The notes beneath the pieces are model-generated. The model was not told where the DNA came from, made no database searches, and worked only from the letters and a program-made list of their open reading frames with translations. Shown one piece after another: positions 1 to 8,366 of a stretch of 43,464 bases of DNA (position 1 is the first letter of the stretch; each line of letters opens with the position of its first letter). This stretch comes from Candidatus Kaiserbacteria bacterium. Lineage in GTDB: Bacteria; Patescibacteriota; Minisyncoccia; Phycocordibacterales; Phycocordibacteraceae. Location: NCBI GenBank assembly GCA_026396675.1, contig JAPLWI010000010.1, forward strand, positions 1 through 43,464, read 5' to 3'. Made by a program: the position numbers and the translations under genes.

Positions 1-2
1 CG

Positions 3-176
3 AACCGCCGCCTTGTGGCGGGCGTGCTCGGAATTGATTTCAAAATGCCTTGGCAATTCTTGGCGGGAATCCCACCTGTCGCCCGCGCCGAAGGCGCGGG
101 CGGGGCGAATTTGGAGTCAAATCAAATTTGGTGGACCATAGCGGACTTGAACCGCTTACCTCGTCAATGCGAATGA
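3..176 (+). CDS. 3' fragment of a gene entering from the left edge; possibly the C-terminus of a large serine recombinase, reading antisense into tRNA-Ala
   Basis: Open frame NRRLVAGVLGIDFKMPWQFLAGIPPVARAEGAGGANLESNQIWWTIADLNRLPRQCE*, stop TGA 174-176 inside the tRNA. Resemblance to CPR recombinase tails is from recall only. Confidence 0.4.
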   Translation, partial: NRRLVAGVLGIDFKMPWQFLAGIPPVARAEGAGGANLESNQIWWTIADLNRLPRQCE

Positions 177-204
177 CGCGCTCTACCAGATGAGCTAATG
201 GCCC
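129..204 (-). tRNA. tRNA-Ala(CGC)
   Basis: Reverse complement GGGCCATTAGCTCATCTGGTAGAGCGCGTCATT-CGC-ATTGACGAGGTAAGCGGTTCAAGTCCGCTATGGTCCACCA; cloverleaf, G3:U70, encoded CCA. Confidence 0.95.
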
Positions 205-245
205 GTGCAGGCGATTCTAACATATTTGGGTTATAGTATGTTCTC

Positions 246-319
246 GCGCTCTTAGCTCAGTTGGTTAGAGCGTACGCTTCACACGCGTAAGGTCGCAGGT
301 TCGATCCCTGCAGAGCGCA
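246..319 (+). tRNA. tRNA-Val(CAC)
   Basis: Acceptor GCGCTCT/AGAGCGC, anticodon arm TACGC-TTCACAC-GCGTA, T loop TTCGATC. Confidence 0.95.
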
Positions 320-320
320 C

Positions 321-347
321 CCGCCTCCGCTGAGCTTCGGCGAGGCA
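321..347. repeat. REP-like imperfect palindrome (family G) between tRNAs
   Basis: CCGCCTCCGCTGAGCTTCGGCGAGGC; similar to the tgt insert at 5218-5247. Confidence 0.5.
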
Positions 348-351
348 AGCA

Positions 352-422
352 CGGGCCGGAGTATGCCGGTAGTACGCACGCTTCGGGTGCGTGTAGACCG
401 GGTTCAATTCCCGGCGGCCCGA
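352..422 (+). tRNA. tRNA-Pro(CGG)
   Basis: Acceptor CGGGCCG/CGGCCCG, anticodon arm CACGC-TTCGGGT-GCGTG, T arm CCGGG-TTCAATT-CCCGG; G at positions 8 and 14. Confidence 0.9.
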
Positions 423-476
423 CAACCAGTGAATTAAATAGCTATATTACGCGTATCGTGTTATTATAACACTCAA

Positions 477-1718
477 ATGAAAGACGGTGCCATCGTAAAG
501 TTAATACGCGAAGAAACAAAAAGACAGGCGGAAACGCTTGATCTTATTCCGTCTGAAAATACTGTCTCACAAGATGTTCTAAAAGCGCTTGGGTCAGTTC
601 TTACGAATAAATATTCTGAAGGATACCCTGGCAAACGTTATTACGCTGGCAATGAATACATTGATAAAATCGAGAATCTGTGCCGCACACGAGCACTTAA
701 ACTTTTCCATTGTTCCCCTAAACAATGGGGTGTGAATGTTCAAGCATATTCGGGATCGCCGGCGAATATGGCCGTGTATTACGCACTTCTTCAGCCGGGC
801 GAAAAAATTATGGGAATGAGTTTACCGTTTGGTGGACATCTCACGCATGGTTGGAAGGCAAATTTTTCGGCTCGTTTTTATAAGTCGATTCAATATACTG
901 TCGGCCGGGATGGATATATTGATTACACAGCTTTGCGAAAAATGGCGAAAAAAGAACGCCCGCAAATTGTTGTGACCGGTGCTACCGCGTATCCGCGCGT
1001 CATTGATTTTAAAAAAGTTGCTGCAATCGCACACGAAATTGGTGCTTATTTTCTCGCGGATATTTCTCATGAAGCCGGGTTGATAGCTGCCGGCGTATAT
1101 CCGTCACCGTTTCCATATGCTGATGTAATTACAATGACAACGCACAAAACTCTTCGTGGACCGCGCGGCGCGATTATTTTCACAAACATAAAATCTAAAA
1201 TTGCGAAAAGAAAAAAATGCGATATCGCGAAGGAAATTGACCGAGCAGTGTTCCCTGGATTACAAGGAGGTCCGCACGATCATCAGACCGCCGCAATTGC
1301 CGTCGCGCTGCACGAAGCGGCACAGCCGTCCTTTAAAAAATATGGCCGGCAAGTTGCGAAAAATGCGGCATCGTTAGCTAAAGAACTCGCACGCTATGGG
1401 TTCAACTTAGTAAGTGGCGGCACTGATAATCACCTCATGCTTATTGATCTTACGAAGCAGAAAATTTCTGGTCGTAACGCACAAGATCGCTTAGAAAAGT
1501 CGGGGATTATCGTAAACAGAAACGCTGTGCCATACGACCAGCGTAAACCATTTGATCCTTCCGGAATACGCCTCGGCACACCAGCGTTGACCTCGCGTGG
1601 GATGAAAGAAAAAGAAATGAAAGAAATCGCAAAATTGATCCACACAGTGCTTATCAAAAACAAAAATGTTAAAAATGAGGTGGCGAAGCTTTGCCGGAAA
1701 TACAAAAATGATCGTTGA
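477..1718 (+). CDS. glyA: serine hydroxymethyltransferase
   Basis: LIPSEN, NKYSEGYPGKRYY, GGHLTHG, TTHKTLRGPRG (PLP Lys), FPGLQGGP. Confidence 0.98.
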   Translation: MKDGAIVKLIREETKRQAETLDLIPSENTVSQDVLKALGSVLTNKYSEGYPGKRYYAGNEYIDKIENLCRTRALKLFHCSPKQWGVNVQAYSGSPANMAVYYALLQPGEKIMGMSLPFGGHLTHGWKANFSARFYKSIQYTVGRDGYIDYTALRKMAKKERPQIVVTGATAYPRVIDFKKVAAIAHEIGAYFLADISHEAGLIAAGVYPSPFPYADVITMTTHKTLRGPRGAIIFTNIKSKIAKRKKCDIAKEIDRAVFPGLQGGPHDHQTAAIAVALHEAAQPSFKKYGRQVAKNAASLAKELARYGFNLVSGGTDNHLMLIDLTKQKISGRNAQDRLEKSGIIVNRNAVPYDQRKPFDPSGIRLGTPALTSRGMKEKEMKEIAKLIHTVLIKNKNVKNEVAKLCRKYKNDR

Positions 1719-2511
1719 TGGAAAAAATATTGCGAATACCCTGCTAGAACGGCTCGCGGAATTGCCGAAACCGAATAAATTTTGTGCAGCGGTTTTGGTC
1801 GGTAATGATGCCGCCTCTGTTAGTTTCTTAAAGCAAAAAGAAAATACTGCAAAAAAGATTGGTGTTGATTTTAAGATTTATCAGTTCCCAGAAGAAATAA
1901 AAGATGACGAATTACGAAGTGAAGTAGAAAAAATCGCGGCCGATGAAACCTGCGGCGGAGTTATCATACAGCTACCATTACCGAGTCATCTTAACCGGAA
2001 TTATATTTTGAATGCTGTTCCGCTAAAGAAAGATGTTGATGTTTTAGGCGAACACGCACTTGGTGCGTTTTATACAGAACAATCAAAGACGCTTCCGCCA
2101 GCAGTTGGCGTCGTAGAATTAATTTGCGAAACGCAAAAATATGATTTGAGTTCAAGCCGTGTTGCGGTTGTTGGTCTCGGACTCCTCGTCGGCCGACCGA
2201 TTGCGAATTGGATAATGCGCAAGGCAAAAGAAACCATACTTCTTCGCAGCACGAGCGACCTCGCGCTACTTAAAAACGCCGACCTAGTGATTACCGGCGT
2301 CGGCAAAGCGGGTCTTATAAAACCGGAGATGTTAAAAGCCGGCGCTGCTGTTATTGATTTTGGATACGACTCAATGCGCGGCGATTTTGATTCTACAGGA
2401 CTAGCATCTGACAATCAGCATATTTCTTTCTACACTCAAACCCCCGGCGGCACTGGACCAATCCTCGTCGCAAAACTATTTGAAAATTTCTATCGTCTTA
2501 ACGTGAGCTAA
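1708..2511 (+). CDS. folD: bifunctional methylenetetrahydrofolate dehydrogenase/cyclohydrolase (divergent)
   Basis: MIVDGK start overlapping the glyA end; GVIIQLPLP, KDVD, VGRP, VIDFG, PGGTGP. Confidence 0.93.
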   Translation: MIVDGKNIANTLLERLAELPKPNKFCAAVLVGNDAASVSFLKQKENTAKKIGVDFKIYQFPEEIKDDELRSEVEKIAADETCGGVIIQLPLPSHLNRNYILNAVPLKKDVDVLGEHALGAFYTEQSKTLPPAVGVVELICETQKYDLSSSRVAVVGLGLLVGRPIANWIMRKAKETILLRSTSDLALLKNADLVITGVGKAGLIKPEMLKAGAAVIDFGYDSMRGDFDSTGLASDNQHISFYTQTPGGTGPILVAKLFENFYRLNVS

Positions 2512-2532
2512 TTTTGTGCTTGCACTGCGAAG

Positions 2533-2550
2533 CTCGTAGTAATCTACGAG
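2533..2550. repeat. hairpin just 3' of tRNA-Ala(TGC)
   Basis: CTCGTAG-TAAT-CTACGAG, flanked by two GCGAAG copies. Confidence 0.5.
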
Positions 2551-2558
2551 CGAAGTAG

Positions 2559-2631
2559 TGGACCTGACCGGTTTCGGACCGGTTACCTCCTCATTGCAAA
2601 TGAGGCGCTCTACCAATTGAGCTACAGGCCC
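2559..2631 (-). tRNA. tRNA-Ala(TGC)
   Basis: Reverse complement GGGCCTGTAGCTCAATTGGTAGAGCGCCTCATT-TGC-AATGAGGAGGTAACCGGTCCGAAACCGGTCAGGTCCA; G3:U70; atypical T loop TCCGAAA. Confidence 0.9.
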
Positions 2632-2643
2632 GAGCTTTTTACT

Positions 2644-3606
2644 CTACCGCGAGAGCGCGAGATTTACCAGATGCGATAGAAATTCGTGAAATGGAACGCC
2701 GACCGCTGCGAGCGACTTCGGCATAAGTGAGTCGGCGGTAAGTCCCGGCAAGGTGTTCGTTTCAAGATAATAAACGCCTCTTGGAGCAACAATAAAATCG
2801 CTACGTGAATAATGGCGTAGACCTAAAGCGCGATGCATCACTTTCGCCGCTCGCTGTAATTCTTCTGCGCCAACTCGCGAGAATCTGCCTGGACAAATTT
2901 CGTGCGTCCTACCGCCATATTTCGCCTCATACGAAAAGAAATCATCGTCTTGTGGCACTATTTCAATTGGTGGAAGAGTATAAAGTTTTTCTCCGCGCAA
3001 CCCTTCCACAACACCAGCAGACGCCTCTTTCCCACGGATATATTCTTCAACTAAGACGTTTGGCGCGCCATCCGCAAAAAGTTGTTCAATTGCAGTAAGT
3101 ACCGGAGCATACCCGCCGACGATAGACACGCCAACCGACGAACCCCAGCCGATCGGCTTAACCACAACTGGTTGATGAAAATTGCGGATGATTTCTCGCG
3201 CAATATTTTCGCTCTCTCCAGCGTTCTCAACATACCGAAAATCAGGAGTGAAAAGTCCTGCTTCTTTCGCTCGCGTTTTAGCCATAAGTTTATGCATCGC
3301 GAGATATGAGCCGAATGAGTCAGCGCCAGTATAAGGAACGCCGAATTGTTCAAGGAGTTTTTGCACTTCCCCATCCTCGCCGTACTCTCCATGGAGACCA
3401 TTTAAAATAACATCAACTTGTCGCAAAATACGTTCTGGCAAAACTGGCCGACCACGATCGTGCCACTGTCCGTTTTTGTCAATGTAAATATCGTGCGTAA
3501 TGAATCGTTCTTCTGGAAGATTTGCGAGCATTGCCGCACCGGTCTTGAGTGATACCTCGTGCTCGCGTGACGGACCGCCTCGCAATACCCCGACGATAGT
3601 TTGCAT
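2644..3606 (-). CDS. ddl: D-alanine--D-alanine ligase
   Basis: GGPSREHEVS, LHGEYGEDG, GSSVGV, FSYEAKY, LETNTLPG. Confidence 0.96.
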   Translation of the reverse strand: MQTIVGVLRGGPSREHEVSLKTGAAMLANLPEERFITHDIYIDKNGQWHDRGRPVLPERILRQVDVILNGLHGEYGEDGEVQKLLEQFGVPYTGADSFGSYLAMHKLMAKTRAKEAGLFTPDFRYVENAGESENIAREIIRNFHQPVVVKPIGWGSSVGVSIVGGYAPVLTAIEQLFADGAPNVLVEEYIRGKEASAGVVEGLRGEKLYTLPPIEIVPQDDDFFSYEAKYGGRTHEICPGRFSRVGAEELQRAAKVMHRALGLRHYSRSDFIVAPRGVYYLETNTLPGLTADSLMPKSLAAVGVPFHEFLSHLVNLALSR

Positions 3607-3746
3607 GTTTTTAGTATAACAGAGTCATAAATAAGTCCTTCATGTCGGCACTTCACAGTACTTGACATAATGATTTAGAAGTATACTCTGTGAATAGAAA
3701 TTTTGCGAGAAGTACATTCAATTAACCTGAAAGAGGAGGAATCGAA

Positions 3747-4163
3747 ATGGGTACAGACGCTTGTGATGCGCCGTGCATCGTAAATACGGCAGAAGGATTT
3801 AGTCCTGTGTTCTGTCAAAAAGAGCTCGGTCATGTTGGAGAACATTCTTTCAACATGCTGGACCAATCCGGCAAAGAAGTTACTGTGGAGTGGAATTATC
3901 TTGGGCAAGTAACTGAAGTTGGCGATTTTGAACTCCCACCGATGTTGGATCAGCGCTGCAAGGACTGGGCTCATATTCCTTTGTTCAAAGGATTTTTGCC
4001 CACTCCGGAAAAACGGCAGTGGGGACCCAATCTGATGCTATTCTCTGTCCTGCAGAAACTGAAAGCAAGTTTCTGCTGCGGAAAAACTCCAGGACATGAT
4101 GGGCCACACATCAGAAGCGGAGTTTTTGGTCCACTAGGCATTAAATGGGAAATCAAATGGTAA
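3747..4163 (+). CDS. orphan hypothetical protein, Cys/His-containing, SD-led
   Basis: GAGGAGG 7 nt before ATG, TTGACA at 3662, downstream terminator. Confidence 0.7.
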   Translation: MGTDACDAPCIVNTAEGFSPVFCQKELGHVGEHSFNMLDQSGKEVTVEWNYLGQVTEVGDFELPPMLDQRCKDWAHIPLFKGFLPTPEKRQWGPNLMLFSVLQKLKASFCCGKTPGHDGPHIRSGVFGPLGIKWEIKW

Positions 4164-4166
4164 ACG

Positions 4167-4192
4167 AAGGGAGGTCATCTGACCTCCCTTTT
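4167..4192. terminator. intrinsic terminator between convergent genes
   Basis: AAGGGAGGTC-ATCT-GACCTCCCTT followed by T. Confidence 0.8.
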
Positions 4193-5515
4193 CTATTTAG
4201 AATAATATTCGCGAACAAAATCCTCGCGATATTCGTCAAAATTCCCGTCAAGAATTGCCTCTCGCGCACCGGCGACGAGATCCAAGATAAATTTCAGATT
4301 GTGCATTGAAGCAATAGTCGCGCCGAGCATCTCACCACTTCGTAAAAGATGCGACATATATGCGCGAGTAAATCCAGATGTGATGGACTTCGTAAATCCA
4401 TCATCAGAGGATGGATTTACGAAGTCCCGACATTCCGAGAGCGGCGTGAAATCGGAGTGATATTTTTCATTTTTTAAATGAATCAAACCGTGCTTTGTGT
4501 AAATAGAACCGTGCCGCCCGAGGCGCGTTGCCGCGACGCAGTCAAAAAGATCCATACCATTCGCAATGCCTTCGAGAATATCTCCTGGCTCGCCGATGCC
4601 GAGAAAGTGCCGCGGCAATTCTTCGGGTAATTCGGCAACTGCTGCTGCAAGTGCGCCGCGCATATCTTCTTTTGAAAATGACCCGCCGATACCGATGCCG
4701 TCGAATCCTAAACGCGAAATCTCGCGTGCTGATTCCCTTCGTAAATCCTCGTGACGACCGCCTTGAACGATGCCAAAAAGTGCCTGTTTTTTATTCGCAT
4801 TAATATTCTGTCGATGCGTCTTCAGAGACCGTTCTGCCCAGCGATGTGTGCGCTCCATTGCTTCGCGTTGATATTCATATGGCTCGGTTGGCGAAGTACA
4901 TTCGTCAAACGCAAAAAATATATCTGCACCGAGTGCATGTTGTATTTCTACCGAGCGTTCCGGCGTGAAGCGGTGTAGTGACCCGTCAAGGTGTGAAGTG
5001 AAAGAAACGCCTTCATCATCAATGATTGCAAGTTGGCCATGTTGACTTGCTACTTCTTCATCAAAAACAGCGAGCCCATGTTTGGACTTCGTAAGTCCAT
5101 CATCAGATGATGGACTTACGAAGTCCTTCACATCATCGCGTGTAAATTTGGAAATGGTTTTGTTAAACGCAGCACCGAGAGAGAATACTTGGAAGCCGCC
5201 GGAGTCGGTCATTGTCGGCCCCCACTCCGCAGAAGCTCCGCGGGGCGAGCCCTTCCAATTCATAAATTTCGCCAAGCCGCCCGCGTTTTTTACAATCTCT
5301 TCGCCCGGCTGAAGATATAGATGATAAGTGTTCGCGAGCACAACTTCAGCGCCGAGCGCCACGAGTTGTTCTGGGAGAATTCCCTTTACGCTTGCTTTGG
5401 TGCCAACAGGAGCGAATGCGGGTGTGTGAATGGCGCCGTGAGGGGTTTCAATGACGCCAGCGCGCGCCCGGCAACCGGGCGCGCGTTGTTCTATTTTAAA
5501 ATTAATCGCTCCCAT
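4193..5515 (-). CDS. tgt: tRNA-guanine transglycosylase carrying three palindrome-derived in-frame inserts
   Basis: TPHG..TP.F.PVGT, LANTYHL, TDSGGFQVFSL, FDEC, FGIVQGG, DLFDC, HNL. Confidence 0.96.
   Translation of the reverse strand: MGAINFKIEQRAPGCRARAGVIETPHGAIHTPAFAPVGTKASVKGILPEQLVALGAEVVLANTYHLYLQPGEEIVKNAGGLAKFMNWKGSPRGASAEWGPTMTDSGGFQVFSLGAAFNKTISKFTRDDVKDFVSPSSDDGLTKSKHGLAVFDEEVASQHGQLAIIDDEGVSFTSHLDGSLHRFTPERSVEIQHALGADIFFAFDECTSPTEPYEYQREAMERTHRWAERSLKTHRQNINANKKQALFGIVQGGRHEDLRRESAREISRLGFDGIGIGGSFSKEDMRGALAAAVAELPEELPRHFLGIGEPGDILEGIANGMDLFDCVAATRLGRHGSIYTKHGLIHLKNEKYHSDFTPLSECRDFVNPSSDDGFTKSITSGFTRAYMSHLLRSGEMLGATIASMHNLKFILDLVAGAREAILDGNFDEYREDFVREYYSK
4385..4427. repeat. family A REP doublet, in frame in tgt
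   Basis: GGACTTCGTAAATCCATC-ATCAGAG-GATGGATTTACGAAGTCC; perfect 18-bp arms. Confidence 0.92.
5084..5126. repeat. family A REP doublet, in frame in tgt
   Basis: GGACTTCGTAAGTCCATCATC-A-GATGATGGACTTACGAAGTCC; perfect 21-bp arms; 40/43 identical to 4385-4427. Confidence 0.92.
5218..5247. repeat. family G palindrome, in frame in tgt
   Basis: GCCCCCACTCCGCAGAAGCTCCGCGGGGCG; encodes extra residues between MNWK and GPTMTDSGG. Confidence 0.65.
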
Positions 5516-5537
5516 CACTCACAACTATGCCCTACAA

Positions 5538-6269
5538 TCAGAGCGTTGTCACTGTTGCAGAAATGCTGTTGTTATTCGTATTTGATTCTGGCGATTGAAG
5601 TTGGCGATTCGGGTCAATGGTGATGGTAATGGTGTGTGTGCCAGGAGTGTTATTGGCGAAGTGTACGATGTACTCGCTCGGCTGACCTGGAGCAAGTGAT
5701 GCTTGTGTGAAGCTCTTATTCGCAGAATTACTGCCAGAAATGTTCATCGCCCATTGTCCAGACACATTCGTACCAACATTTTTCACCAAGAATTTCACCG
5801 CGATTGGAGTGTTCACAGGAATCGTTGTAGCCGAGACGATGGCATTACCAGAACTGTATCCAATGGTTTCTATGATAATCGCAAGATCGGGCGAGCCGTA
5901 GTAATTCTGGATTGCAGGCCCATCGGCAATAGTTATTGAAGTTCCTGGAGTCCAATATTGTTTTGATATTGAAGTTGTCTTCACAGGCGTTGAAGTTGCA
6001 ATTGTTGAATCAGTTGAACTCGCCTCTCCGAAATAAATCACCGACGGCATCGTTGTAGAAACAGTCGGGGCACTGTTTTTAAATGTTGAAGCAAAAACTG
6101 AACCAACATACACTACGGCCGCACCTGTACGATTCACAATAATCGGCACGAAGCGCGTCGAATAGATAGCAAGCCACATACCCGCCACGACAAGCGCGAA
6201 GAAGCCAACAACCGCAAGGCCGTTCACTGCCGTCCGGCGAGGTCGCGAGATGGTTTGAAAGTTATTCAT
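5538..6269 (-). CDS. membrane-anchored protein with C-terminal CARDB/Ig-like domain
   Basis: N-terminal TM, S/T linker, PDL..VKNVGT..IDP..ESNTNNN; alternative start 6290. Confidence 0.8.
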   Translation of the reverse strand: MNNFQTISRPRRTAVNGLAVVGFFALVVAGMWLAIYSTRFVPIIVNRTGAAVVYVGSVFASTFKNSAPTVSTTMPSVIYFGEASSTDSTIATSTPVKTTSISKQYWTPGTSITIADGPAIQNYYGSPDLAIIIETIGYSSGNAIVSATTIPVNTPIAVKFLVKNVGTNVSGQWAMNISGSNSANKSFTQASLAPGQPSEYIVHFANNTPGTHTITITIDPNRQLQSPESNTNNNSISATVTTL

Positions 6270-6318
6270 ATGTGGTGTTATGTTTACCATATTATAATTT
6301 TTATGTCAAGACATTTGA

Positions 6319-8256
6319 TTATGCACCGAGAATCGCGAGTGCTCGGGTGAGAGCGAGCTTCGCGCCCGTCACGCTATCCGAATAACTCGAGTCAATCGCG
6401 GTCGTGAGTGAAGCGACGAGCTTCTCGAGGACTGGTGTCGAGAGTCGTGCCGTTCGACGCGCAATATCGGCATCGCAGGAAGTACCATCAACGCGGGCGC
6501 GATACACATCGTCGAGAGCGAAGACAGCGGCGCTGATTAGTTGTTCAGGTGCACCGCCTCCACGCACCTGTTGTCGAAGTCCTGCGAAGACACCAGCGCG
6601 ATCGCCTTCGATAAGCGCGATGGCAAATCCGCGAATATGCACAGGGACTCCGGTGGTACGCGCTACAGGAATATCCGCAGCAATCGGTTCAACATTTTCA
6701 TATATCGGTTCGACTTCTTCGTACACTGGCTCAACATTCACCTGTACTGGCTCGACATCAAGTATCGGTTCTGCGACGCGTTCGAGAATCGACGAAGAAG
6801 TGCGTTCTTCGTGTGACAAACTCTTCACGATATCTTCTATTGAAAGCGCGCCATTATGAGAGAAGGACTTGAATCCATCATACGAAGAATATCCGCGCGG
6901 CGCTTCGGGTGATTTTTCCACAGGAATCTCAACCGAAGCCGGCGCATGGAATGGAGCCGAATAAGCTGGAGCGCGGACTGGCTCTGGCGCGTTAAGCACC
7001 GCAGAGACACGAGCCATAAAATTGCGCGCGCGGCGATTCACAAACGGCACTGCACCAAAAAGAATCAGGTACGCGAGCGCGAGCGCGAAACAAATAAGCA
7101 CAAGCCAGTACACAATCGTACCAACTGGCCCCAAATCAAGACCAGTGTATGGAATCTGTGACAGCGAGAGATATGCGAGCGGCTGTGCGCCACCTTCAAG
7201 CGTTATGATTGGAATGATTGGATGGCCGCCACCACCACCTCCGCCGCCTCCACCTCCGCCACCACCTCCGCCGCCGGTCACAGTGAGCACGGCAGTACAG
7301 GTAAGTGTCTGCCCATTGGTCGCATGGAATGTACCTGTATAAGTGTATGCTTGTATTGCCGTAGGAGAAACAATTATCGATCCGGGAGTGGTTGTCCCCG
7401 TCGCAATACTGTTATCAATATCAACGGTTCCAATTCCAACACCTCCCCAAGAAAGTGTTGCTGAACCGCCGGTCGTGTAGCTAGCCGGCGAAACATCGAG
7501 CGTACAAGACGGACCGCCGCCTCCACCGCCACCATTTACCGTAACGATGGCTGTGCACTGCACAGAACCTCCAGCGCCGGTAGCAGTGCCTGTGTAAGTA
7601 ACGGTAGAAACTGGCGAGACAGATTTTGTACCGGAAGCGACCGGAGTAACGGAACCGATGCTGTTATCAATTGAAAATGAAGTGGCGTTCTTGGTTGTCC
7701 ACGAAAGTATGGATGAGCCGCCAGTCGTAATAGAAGTCGGATTCGCCACAAGCGTACAGGTAGGGGCTGGTGTAATTACTGGGTAGGTACAAATCACTCC
7801 TGACTGACTCGTCGCTTTCGAGTTGTAATTAATTGCTACTGGATCCATACAGCCGTAGATTACCGGCGGAGGAGGTGTTGGATAGGTGCAAGTCACTCCT
7901 GACTGACTCGTCGCATTTGGATTGTAGTTCGTAGCGGTACTGTCCATACATCCGTACACAATGACTGGAATTATCGGAACTGGAATCACAACTGGAACTG
8001 GCAATGGCTGTGGCGGAACAGGTGGAATCACTGGAGAAACAACTGGCGGAATAACCAGAGGCGGAACAACAGGAATCTCGCAACAAGGCGGGAGAATTGG
8101 GACTGGTGCTGGAACAGGAATATCGCAACATGGCGGCAATACTTGGGCTAAAACTCTAGCGGGTGTGGTAAGACCAGTCGCAAAAGCGATTGACATACCA
8201 AAAATAATCGTAAGAAGTACGGTAAAGAGACCGGTTAGAATCGGTCGTTTGTTCAT
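6319..8256 (-). CDS. putative sortase substrate: Pro-rich region, two GCMD..A.NY repeats, Ig-like modules, poly-Gly, IPYTG, TM, long cytoplasmic tail
   Basis: Signal peptide from MNKR (ATG 8256); SQIPYTG followed by a hydrophobic helix and NRRAR. Confidence 0.85.
   Translation of the reverse strand: MNKRPILTGLFTVLLTIIFGMSIAFATGLTTPARVLAQVLPPCCDIPVPAPVPILPPCCEIPVVPPLVIPPVVSPVIPPVPPQPLPVPVVIPVPIIPVIVYGCMDSTATNYNPNATSQSGVTCTYPTPPPPVIYGCMDPVAINYNSKATSQSGVICTYPVITPAPTCTLVANPTSITTGGSSILSWTTKNATSFSIDNSIGSVTPVASGTKSVSPVSTVTYTGTATGAGGSVQCTAIVTVNGGGGGGGPSCTLDVSPASYTTGGSATLSWGGVGIGTVDIDNSIATGTTTPGSIIVSPTAIQAYTYTGTFHATNGQTLTCTAVLTVTGGGGGGGGGGGGGGGGGHPIIPIITLEGGAQPLAYLSLSQIPYTGLDLGPVGTIVYWLVLICFALALAYLILFGAVPFVNRRARNFMARVSAVLNAPEPVRAPAYSAPFHAPASVEIPVEKSPEAPRGYSSYDGFKSFSHNGALSIEDIVKSLSHEERTSSSILERVAEPILDVEPVQVNVEPVYEEVEPIYENVEPIAADIPVARTTGVPVHIRGFAIALIEGDRAGVFAGLRQQVRGGGAPEQLISAAVFALDDVYRARVDGTSCDADIARRTARLSTPVLEKLVASLTTAIDSSYSDSVTGAKLALTRALAILGA
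7225..7275 (-). repeat. poly-Gly tract (17 GGN codons)
   Basis: Low-complexity (NCC)n on the + strand. Confidence 0.9.
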
Positions 8257-8311
8257 ATATGAGAAAACCTTGTCAAAATTTTTCATTTTCACTGCCACTT
8301 GCGTGGCGTAT

Positions 8312-8365
8312 AAAAAGGGAGTGAGTGTGGCGACTTGTTGAAAATTGCCGTCACACTCTTTTCCC
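8312..8365 (-). terminator. terminator-like hairpin after the 8367-9437 gene
   Basis: Minus strand GGGAAAAGAGTGTGACGGC...GTCGCCACACTCACTCCC-TTTTT. Confidence 0.6.
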
Positions 8366-8366
8366 G

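Noticed and set aside
2644-3606. Van-type D-Ala-D-Lac ligase
   Set aside because: Omega loop YEAKY is the D-Ala-D-Ala type and no van genes are nearby.
7782-7960. Direct DNA repeats suggesting a DGR template/variable pair
   Set aside because: They are tandem GCMD protein repeats and no reverse transcriptase is in the window.
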